DNA of 64,000 nt from Terriglobia bacterium (GTDB lineage: Bacteria > Acidobacteriota > Terriglobia > 2-12-FULL-54-10), in NCBI GenBank assembly GCA_963666975.2, contig CAXVYR010000003.1:736001-800000 (forward strand), written 5' to 3'. Positions 31,103 to 39,638 of this stretch are shown piece by piece (position 1 is the stretch's first letter; each line of letters starts with the position of its first letter). The notes beneath the pieces were generated by a model, which was not told the origin of the DNA, ran no database searches, and saw only the letters and a program-made list of their open reading frames with translations. A program made the translations under genes and the position numbers.

Positions 31103-31789
31103 ATGAGAATTGACCCGCCCGGGAGTCTGAACAATCCACGAACTTTATTTGCCGGGAGCCTGGGAGCGCTCTGTCTTTTAGCCGCCGCCCTGGCGATAAC
31201 CGCCCCTCTGCTTTCCGAACTGCTGCAGGAGGCAAACGCCAAAAGCGCGCTGCAAACCCCGGCAGAGGAAACCCAAGATTCCTCACAAGCTGTGCCGCGC
31301 GTTTCCGTTGGGGAAATTACCGGAACACCGGGCGCCAGTTTGATGCTGCCTCTTTATTACACAGCGGACCCCAACGTCCCCTTGCGCTCTCTTACCGTCG
31401 AAATCGACTACGTCAGCAATAATTTGAAATTCAACAAAGCGTCCCGTGGCGTCGTGACCGAAAAGGCAGGCGCCGACGTGGCTGCGACCTTGACCGATGG
31501 AACCCCGAATGAAAACGGGCTCACGCGCTCCAAGCTGCAGATTGCCACTTCCTTGACTGAACAGAACCCGCAAGAAGGAATCCCATCCGGGTTGCTGGCT
31601 TTCCTCCTGTTTCGCATCAATCCGAAAGCGAAGCCTTTTGCAATTCGCCTGAACACCAGGGTCGTCTCGGCTGAAGACCTCCAATCTCCGCCACAAAAGG
31701 TGACTCAAGTCGCAGCCACGCCCGGATTAGTGGTGGTGGAGCTTGCCGATGTGCTGCCCGAAGCGACCTGCTTCTTCTTTACCCATTAA
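31103..31789 (+). CDS. Exported cohesin-like beta-sandwich protein ending CFFFTH
   Basis: N-terminal hydrophobic segment; VSVGEITGTPGASLMLPLY...GLLAFLLFRI pattern resembles cohesin domains. Confidence 0.55.
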   Translation: MRIDPPGSLNNPRTLFAGSLGALCLLAAALAITAPLLSELLQEANAKSALQTPAEETQDSSQAVPRVSVGEITGTPGASLMLPLYYTADPNVPLRSLTVEIDYVSNNLKFNKASRGVVTEKAGADVAATLTDGTPNENGLTRSKLQIATSLTEQNPQEGIPSGLLAFLLFRINPKAKPFAIRLNTRVVSAEDLQSPPQKVTQVAATPGLVVVELADVLPEATCFFFTH

Positions 31790-31850
31790 CGGCGATCGCG
31801 CCGGGGGCGGGCACGCAAGGAAAGCCTGCGGAGGAGGAACCGGCGGATTG

Positions 31851-31947
31851 CTAACGCGCGCGGCTCGGTCAGTGCAGCCCAATCAGCACGCCGATTCTGA
31901 GCCGCGACCGTGAGGGAGCGGGTAAATAGTGTTTTTCAACAACCTGC
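31851..31947. repeat. REP/MITE-like element, inverted partial copy of 34506-34633
   Basis: Shares GAGCCGCGACCGTGAGGGAGCGG and GTTTTTCAACAACCT. Confidence 0.65.
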
Positions 31948-31979
31948 TAAGAGAATACCTTCGGCATTCGTGTGTAGTC

Positions 31980-32135
31980 AGAGCCGCGCGCCTGTCCCGC
32001 CTGCCCTGAGCATAGCCGAAGGGAGTGAAGCCGAGGGATCAGCAAGCGGTCGCCGAACGCCCGGTGCGCAAACAAAGCTGGGTTGACCGCTCCATTACTG
32101 TCCCATTCGGCAAGCTCAGGGCAGGCGCGGCTCGG
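31980..32135. repeat. Nested palindromic REP-like element between convergent genes
   Basis: CCTGCCCTGAGC..GCCGAA...TTCGGCAAGCTCAGGGCAGG inverted pair inside GAGCCGCGC/GCGCGGCTC. Confidence 0.5.
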
Positions 32136-32179
32136 ATGGATTCACCAACAATACACTTTACACCAATCCAGAAACCGCC

Positions 32180-34447
32180 CTAAAAGATCTCCGGGAAATA
32201 ATAAGTCAATATGGTATTCAGCCGCATATCGGCCACAATGAGTTCCTTGTTCTTGGGATTCAAGGCCACTCCGCGCGGCTTCTTCAGCAGGCTCTTCGGC
32301 CCCCCGATCTTCCAGCGGGGCGGCACGTCGCCGCTGTCGTTGATACTCCAAACGCCAACAAAAATTTCCTCCTCCGGCTCCATACCGCTGCCGCCGGGCT
32401 GAGCCGCGACAATCCAGCCTTTCGGAGAATATATTTGGAGCTGATTAATGCGAGTAATGGCGGTCTGGGGACCATCGATCACGGTACGCGGCTTCACATT
32501 CCCTTCGTCTGTGCGGTTAAACGTAAACAGAGCCCGGCCTACGCTGGTCACAATCACATTATGGACCGGATCAACGGCCAGCGTGGAAGTCCGCAATCGG
32601 GTATCCGGCCCTTGGATCACACGGATCGGAGCCACATCGCCATTGCCTTCCCGGGGGAAAACCAGAATCCGGTCCACCGAGGGCACGAAGATTTCATTGT
32701 GCACCGGATCAACATCCACCCGGTCCGGCCGCTTCAACTGTGTACTGGGGCCTTGGATGACCCGGATCGGAGGCTCCTCGCCATCGGCTCCTCCGCGGAA
32801 AACCAGGATCGCCTGTGCAAAGGGGTTGGTTACGATGAATTCATCATGAACCGCGTCATAGCGAATGTCGTGCATGGTACGGCTTAAAAGAGTCTTTTGT
32901 CCGGCAATCAGTCTGGTGGGCACCGCATTCTCCTCCGCCATCCTGGCGAAGGCCGCAATCTGCGGGTGGGCCACTCAGTTGGGCACCAGGATTTCCTCCC
33001 GCTTGCTGTCGTAGCCCGCAGCTCCTGGGTTCCCGATAGCCAGCGCCTGTTTGCCGAGCGGCGCGCTGCGGATGGTCCGCAGCGGCGCGACATCCCCGTT
33101 AGCCGCACGCGGAAAAACGGTGGCCGAATGGTTCCCCATGTTGGATACCCACATCTCATCGTTCTTCAAGTCCACAAAAATGCCGGTGGGGTTCTTGATA
33201 CCGGTCTTGGGCCCCTTGATGACCCGGGTGGGCGCCACGTCACCGCTGTCGGTCATACGAAAGACCAGGACCGAGTCGTCGGCGTCATTGGCGACGTAGA
33301 GTTCTCCGCGCTCGGAATCGACAAACATCGCCGCCGGCCAGTTCAGCTGGGTTTCAGGACCTTCAATCACCCGTAGCGGCGGCGTATCTCCCTCCGCTTT
33401 GATCGAATAGATGGAAATCGAAGGAGGATCAGACTGGCCGGAACCGCGTAGCGCACGGTCCCGGTCGAGCGGCCAATTTTCTTTGCGCTCCCTCCTTTGG
33501 GTAGGAAGTCCCGTTACAGCAATGTCTCCCTGGTCCGGACCCACATCGGGACGAACCTGATGGACTGAACCATGATTGCTGACAAACATCCAGTTATTCT
33601 TCGAGTCCACCGCAATGCCGTGCGGGTCTTCGAGTTCCGTCCGGTCGCCTTGCAGCAACCGCAGAGGCGCTTCGTCGTCCGCGGCCATCTTGTTGTACAC
33701 CACGACTGCGTTGTCGTGCTGGATCGTGAGGAACAACTCCTGATTTTGTTCATCGACAGCGATCCCGAAGGTCCCATGCGGCGTGGCCAACTCCCTTTTG
33801 GGCGGCACGTTCCCCCGGGCTTCGCGCCCGAAGATAACCAGCGTATTGACCGTGTCGTTGTTGACCGAATAAACATCTCCCGTATTCTGGTCCAAATACA
33901 GCCCGCAGTTGAACTCAAGCTTGGTCCGCAGTCCGCCCACCATGCGCTTCGGCTCGGTCATGGTGGCGTTGGGAGGAGTATTGTCCAGCCGGTTGAACAC
34001 CTTAAAACCGAACAGGTTTTCATCCTGCAGATAGACCTCGTTCGTATTGACGTCCACTGCCACGGCGCTGTAGGTGGGATAGGTGTCCCGGATCATCCGT
34101 ATCGGTTCCCGGTCGGCATCGACGGCAGGCCTGTCCTCATCGAGCGCCGGCGCGCTCCTGTTTGCCGCCATTTGCTCCTGCTGCAGCGCGGCCACCAGCG
34201 TGGTGTTCGTGCTGGCCGGCACCCACTGGCACATCTCCCCGCCCATCATGCCGTCTGCCATGGGCATGGGGTCGGAGGAAACCAGTTGGGGATACCCTGT
34301 GGGTCTGCGCAAGGCGGCCTCGGATGCCGCGCTCCATTCCCGCTGTTTCGCCTCCCCGGTAAACAGCACCCATGCGGCAACGGCAATTACCAGAGAGATC
34401 ACCGCAGTCACGCTGATTTTTTGTACCACGCACGATGCTCGGGCCAT
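32180..34447 (-). CDS. Exported NHL-like multi-blade beta-propeller protein, putative selenoprotein (UGA 32975-32977 = residue 491 of 755)
   Basis: ORFs 32975..34477 and 32180..32974 abut in frame; TGA falls mid-blade (YDSKREEILVPN*VAHPQIAAF); downstream hairpin; same TGA in the paralog; SD GGAGG before ATG 34447. Confidence 0.85.
32932..32952 (-). promoter_or_regulatory. Putative bacterial SECIS hairpin (paralog 1)
   Basis: mRNA CCUUCGCCA-GGA-UGGCGGAGG; loop starts 32 nt after UGA and begins with GG. Confidence 0.75.
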
Positions 34448-34505
34448 ACGAATTTCGCCTCCTTCCAAATCTGCCACTAAACGGAAACAGTTCGGCTGCT
34501 ATAAC

Positions 34506-34633
34506 AGGTTGTTGAAAAACGCCATTTGCCCGCTCCCTCACGGTCGCGGCTCGGAATGGGCGTGCTGATCTGGCTGCATTTGCCGAGCCGCGCGCGTTAG
34601 CAAGCGGACCCTGCACCAGTTTTTCAACAACCT
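34506..34633. mobile_element. MITE-like element with 15-bp terminal inverted repeats and internal REP-like palindrome
   Basis: AGGTTGTTGAAAAAC ... GTTTTTCAACAACCT, between the two propeller paralogs. Confidence 0.65.
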
Positions 34634-34723
34634 CCTCAACGAAAGGCAAACAGCCGGGCTGTGGAAGCCTTGTGCCAGGCCTCCTGCCGGACTGCTTGCC
34701 AGAACAATCAAAGGACAATCAAA

Positions 34724-36949
34724 CTAAAATATTTCCGGAAAGTAATACGTTAACACGCTGTTCAACCGCATGTCGGCCACAATGACTTCTTTGTTCTTGG
34801 GGTCCAGCGCAATCCCCCGCGGCTTCTTCAGCATGCTCTTCGGCCCGCCGATCGTCCAGCGGGGCGGCACGTCGCCGCTGTCGTTAATGCTCCAAATACC
34901 GACAAAGACGTCTTCGGGCTCCTGTTCCGAGCTGAGGCCGGGCTGGGCCGCAATAATCCACCCTTTCGGCGGATAGACCCGAAGCTGGTTGATACGGATG
35001 ATGCGGGTCTTGGGGCCCGAAATTACGGCTTTCGGCTTGACGTTGCCATTGGCGGTGCGGTCGTAAATCAGCAGCGCCCCCGGAGGGCTGGTCCCGCCCC
35101 GGTGCTGGATTCCAACGATCAGCAAATCGTGGACCGGATCAATGGTCACTCCGCCGGTGTTCTTCAGCATCGTGTCAGGGCCGCGCAGCACCCGGATGGG
35201 AACCGTGTCGCCGTTCGCTTCCCGGGGATAGACCATCACCCGGTCGCTTTCGGGAATGTAGATTTCGTTGTTCACAGGATCAATCCCCAGGCGGTCCGGC
35301 CCATCCATCATGGTGCTGGGGCCCTGGATCACGCGCAGCGGAGGCTCCTCGCCGTCGGCTCCTCCCCGGAAGGTCAGCACGGCTTGCGCAAAGGGATTGG
35401 TGACGACGAACTCATCATGGATGGCGTCATAGGCGATGTCGTGCATGGTGCGCGCCAGCAGCGTCCGCTGCCCGGCCAGCAGTCGCGTAGGCTGCGTATT
35501 CTCCTTCCCCAGCCTGGGGAAGCTCGCAATCTGCGGATGGGCCACTCAGTTGGGCACCAGCACTTCTTCCCGCTTGCTGTCATAGCCCACCGCTCCCGGA
35601 TTCCCGATAGCCAGCGCCACCTTCCCTAGCGGGGCGCTGCGGATGGTGCGCAGCGGCGTCACGTCGCCGTTCGCTGTGCGGGGGTAAACCGTGGCGGAGT
35701 GGTTGCCCATGTTGGAGACCCACAGCTCATTGTTCTTGAAATCGACAAAAATCCCCGTGGGATACTTGATTCCAGTCTTCGGTCCCTTGACAATCCGCGT
35801 GGGCGCCACATTGCCGCTGTCGGTGGTGCGGAAGACCAGGATTGAATCATCGGCGTCGTTGGCGACGTACAGATCGCCGTTTTCCTCGTCCAGGTACATC
35901 GCCGCCGGCCAGTTCAACTGCGTTTGGGGACCCTCAATGATCCGAATGGGGGCCGTATCACCTTCCGCCTTCAGCGGATGAACCGTGATCGAGGGCGGCT
36001 GAAACTCGCCGGAGCCGGAAACCCTGCTGGCGTCCCAAAACCCGGTGGAGTTGTCAAAACCGGGGCTGTAGCTGACGCTGCCGTGGTTGGCCACAAACAT
36101 CCAGTTGTTCTTGGTGTCGATAGCAATGCCGTGAGCGTCTTCGAGCTGTGTACTCTTCCCTTCAAGCGTCCGAATCGGCTCTTCCCTGCCCTCGGCCATC
36201 TTGCGGTACACCACCACCTTGGGCGGGTGCTGCACGGTGAGGTACATCTCTTCGGCGCCCTCATCCACGGCGATGCCCCAGGTCCGGTGCGGAGTTCGCA
36301 ACTCGCGCTTGGGAGGCACGTTTCCGCTGGCCTCGCGCCCGAAAATCACCAAGGTGTCCACCGTGTCGTTGCTCACCGAGTAAACGTCGCCGCTTTTCGG
36401 GTCCACATAGAGTCCGCAATTAAACTCGAGCTTGGTGTTGATGCCTCCCACCATGCGCTTCGGCTCCGTCATGGTGGCGCTGGGCGGAGTGTTGTCCAGG
36501 CGGTTGAATACCTTGAAGCCGAACAGGTTCTCGTCCTGCAGATAAACCTCATCGGTGTTGGTATCGACGGCGACGGCGGCGTAGGTGGGGTAGGTGTCCC
36601 GAATAATTCGCGCCGGAGCGCGGTCCGCGTCGATGGTGGCGCCGGGGTCGACCGAGGTGCGGGCCTCGCCCTGCGGATGCCGCAGCGCGGCCAGCATAGT
36701 AATGTCGCCAGAGGTGGTATCGGCGCTGGCCGGCACCCACTGGCACATCTCCCCATTCATCCCCGGCATTTGCTCATAAGCAACCAATTGGGGATACCCT
36801 TTGGGCCTGCGCAGAGCAGCCTCGGATGCTGCGTACAACTGGGGCCGCTTTGCCTCACCGGCAAACAGCACCCAGGCAGCAGCGGCGGCCACCAAGCACA
36901 GCAAAGCCAGCAGGCTACTGCTCGGTCGCAAATGGAATCCTCGGTGCAT
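34724..36949 (-). CDS. Exported NHL-like beta-propeller paralog, putative selenoprotein (UGA 35546-35548 = residue 468 of 741)
   Basis: ORFs 35546..36964 and 34724..35545 abut in frame (REEVLVPN*VAHPQIASF); SD GGAGG before ATG 36949; both paralogs end TYYFPEIF. Confidence 0.85.
35504..35522 (-). promoter_or_regulatory. Putative bacterial SECIS hairpin (paralog 2)
   Basis: mRNA CUUCCCCA-GGC-UGGGGAAG; same +32 loop position; G-C to C-G and U-G to U-A changes versus paralog 1. Confidence 0.75.
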
Positions 36950-37010
36950 TGATACCTCCGTCAATGACGAGCATGAATACCCACAGCAGCTTCTACGGCG
37001 CGGTTTTGAT

Positions 37011-37500
37011 CCTAGGAATAAACTTTTTGGCCTCCAGGCAGTTGAAAGTGTACATCCATTTGCATCCTACCGAGCACAACTTTTCCTCCGAGAGGGCCAT
37101 CGGCTCCCAGCCTCCCTTTCCGGATCCCCCAAAACCGTCCAATCAGCATCCAGAACCAGCTTTTTCAGACAACTCTCCATACCTGGGGGATAGCGGCATC
37201 GTTTTCTTGTGTGCCGTAGCCCCGGCTATCCCGACGGGAGCGACAGCCCATCTATTCGCCCCAGCATGCTAGCAAATAAACGTCTCGTCAGATGGCTCTC
37301 TGCCAGCAATAGCCAATAGTAGCGGGCATGCTTAATCAGGCGTCCTCCTCACCAGCCGCTGCTGGAGGCTCGTCAAGGACCAGTTCCCGATTCTCTGTGG
37401 CACCACCAGCCGCCGCCAGCAGACGGCAATGATGGTCAGCCACATAGTTGGAGCGGAACCGATGGTCGCCAGACTGCTCTGCCGTCCCGGCTTATTATGG
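37011..37500 (-). mobile_element. IS1380 3' end and degraded transposase fragment
   Basis: ~37225-37345 is nearly the exact reverse complement of ~22450-22570; flanking pieces show multiple deletions. Confidence 0.75.
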
Positions 37501-37504
37501 CTCG

Positions 37505-37850
37505 ATCGGCGCTGGCCGGCACCCACTGGCACACCCGTCGGGCCGTCTTCTCCCCATTCATCCCCGGCATTTGCTCATAAGCAACCAATTGGTAAACCTC
37601 CGCTTGGCAAAGGCCGCGTCAGCCCGAAACGCGATACCCTTTGGGCCTGCGCAGAGCAGCCTCGGATGCTGCGTACAACTGGGGCCGCTTTGCCTCACCG
37701 GCAAACAGCACCCAGGCAGCAGCGGCGGCCACCAAGCACAGCAAAGCCAGCAGGCTACTGCTCGGTCGCAAATGGAATCCTCGGTGCATTGATACCTCCG
37801 TCAATGAGAGCATGAATACCCACAGCAGCTTCTACGGCGCGGTTTTGATA
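37505..37850 (-). repeat. Duplicate of the 5' end/upstream region of propeller paralog 2 (~36720-37010), interleaved with IS1380 pieces
   Basis: ~37633-37850 is nearly identical to ~36793-37010; short IS-derived inserts such as GGCAAAGGCCGCGTCAGCCCGAAAC. Confidence 0.8.
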
Positions 37851-37918
37851 GCTTTGATGCCAATTTTATCACAGGAGTTGACCCGCCCTGCGGGCTTTAT
37901 TCACTGGCCCTGCTAGCG

Positions 37919-37956
37919 AAAAAAACGGCCCCGAGGCTTGCATGCCAGGGGGCCGT
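37919..37956 (-). terminator. Rho-independent terminator after the TonB-receptor fragment
   Basis: ACGGCCCC/GGGGCCGT stem followed by a T-run on the minus strand. Confidence 0.65.
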
Positions 37957-37983
37957 GTATGGAAGTTTGAAATTCAATGCAAG

Positions 37984-38410
37984 CTAGAAGATAAACTTCA
38001 AGCCAAACTGAATCTGCCGGGCCGAGGTGCGGGTGTCAAAAATCCGGGCCGCGTCGGCGTCCACTAAGCCCTCCTTCACGAGGTCCTTCCCTGCTGCGCG
38101 CGCCGCTGCAACATCTTCGGCGCCGGCGCCGAAATCAAAAGGATCCATAAATTTTCCACTTTCCGTCCCACCGAAATTGGGCCGGTTGAACAGGTTGAAG
38201 AACTCCGCCCGGAATTGGATCCGGGTGTTTCCCGTCACCTCGAAGTCCTTGAGGAACGACAGATCGAATGTAGCTATGCCCGGGCCGGTCACAGTGTTTC
38301 TGCCCGCAGTGCCGAAAAATCCCAGCTTGGAGGGGGCGAACTGGCTGATGTCATAGTACCGGTCCGGGCCGCCCAGCACCGGGTTGTTATCACCGCCCTT
38401 GACAAAAGCA
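37984..38410 (-). pseudogene. C-terminal fragment of an Acidobacteria-type TonB-dependent receptor
   Basis: GRNTVTGPG..FDLSFLKDF...IQFRAEFFNLFNRPNF...RQIQFGLKFIF; 5' part replaced by an IS1-like fragment. Confidence 0.85.
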
Positions 38411-38808
38411 AGGCTTGGCATTGGAATGAGGTGTGGCGCGCCTCGGAGAATTCGCGGAAGCTAAATACTTCCTACATCGAACGTTTGAACCGGACCATCC
38501 GGCAGGGCCCTGCCTACCTCGGGCGTCGGACCCTCAGCCACGCTCGGCGTTCTCGGCGGCTGGAAGATCATCTCGAGCTGCTGCGACGCCATGACAACTT
38601 TCGCAGGCCTCATCGTGCTCTGAAGTTTGGACACGAAGTCAAAACCCCGGCGATGCAGGCAGGCCTGACCCAAAAGCGGCTGACGTTCCGCGATGTCTTC
38701 ACGTCCATCCCAAACTTTTTGTGCTTGGTCAGGACCGTCTGTGTGTTCATCTTCCACGCGAATTCGCCCGGCCGGGAAGACTCGCCGATTTCAGGGGCTG
38801 CTTAACAA
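38411..38808 (+). mobile_element. IS1-like transposase 3' fragment
   Basis: NTSYIERLN.TIRQ...RPH.AL...TPAMQAGL; near-identical inverted copy at ~55472-55870. Confidence 0.7.
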
Positions 38809-38902
38809 CATTTGATTGCGGAAGCATCGTTTTGAGGGAGAGGCGTCTGCGCGACCAAGCGCTTTCCAACGCCGACTTGCAGGGATGACTAGCAAATTAC
38901 AT

Positions 38903-39631
38903 TTAGTGCTGCCGGTGGACTTCCGTATGGTCGATTGTCCCGTCGCGGAACTGAAGGACGATGTCGCCTCGGGCACCGACGGCCGGATCGTGCGTCGCGA
39001 TAAGGACGGTCTTTTTGAAGCCATGTGCCAGGGAGACGAGCAAGTCGGTCAGGATCATCGCGTTCTTGCTATCCAGGTTGCCCGTCGGCTCGTCGGCGAG
39101 AATCAGCATGGGGTCGTTCACGAGGGCGAGCGCCGCCGCTACCCGTTGCTGCTCGCCGCCGCTTAATTCGTCAGGGCGCTTCAGAGCTTTCTTGTCCAAA
39201 TCGACAAGCTTCAGCAGGGCGTGGGCGCGCTCGACTCGGTCGCGATGCTTCATTCCTGATACCGTCATAGGGAGCTGTAGATTGTCCAACGCGTTGAGCC
39301 CTGGGATCAGGTTGAACGCCTGGAAAATGAAACCAACCTCCTCCAGGCGGTAGCGCGCCAAATCGCGCTCCGTGATGTTGCCGTTGAGCTGCCAGTTGCC
39401 CACCTGGATCTTTCCGGAATCAGACCGGTCGATGCCCCCCAAGAGATTCAAGAAGGTCGTCTTTCCACAACCGCTCGGCCCCTGGATAATCATCACGGCG
39501 CCTCTGTTGACGTCGCAAGTGACGCCCTGTAGGGCCTGATGTGTCTCCTCCCCAGTCCGGTACGTCTTCACAACGTTTTCTACACTGATGTCCAGGCCTT
39601 CCTGTTTGAATAAATTGGTGTGTAATGTCAT
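38903..39631 (-). CDS. ABC transporter ATP-binding protein (LolD/MacB type)
   Basis: GPSGCGKTT, LSGGEQQRV, LADEPTGNLD, ATHD. Confidence 0.93.
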   Translation of the reverse strand: MTLHTNLFKQEGLDISVENVVKTYRTGEETHQALQGVTCDVNRGAVMIIQGPSGCGKTTFLNLLGGIDRSDSGKIQVGNWQLNGNITERDLARYRLEEVGFIFQAFNLIPGLNALDNLQLPMTVSGMKHRDRVERAHALLKLVDLDKKALKRPDELSGGEQQRVAAALALVNDPMLILADEPTGNLDSKNAMILTDLLVSLAHGFKKTVLIATHDPAVGARGDIVLQFRDGTIDHTEVHRQH

Positions 39632-39638
39632 GATGCCT

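Noticed and set aside
32972-32977. Propeller halves as two translationally coupled genes (TGA-GTG)
   Set aside because: Not fully excluded but disfavoured: the stop splits a blade, the second part has no signal peptide or well-spaced SD, and a covarying hairpin follows in both paralogs.
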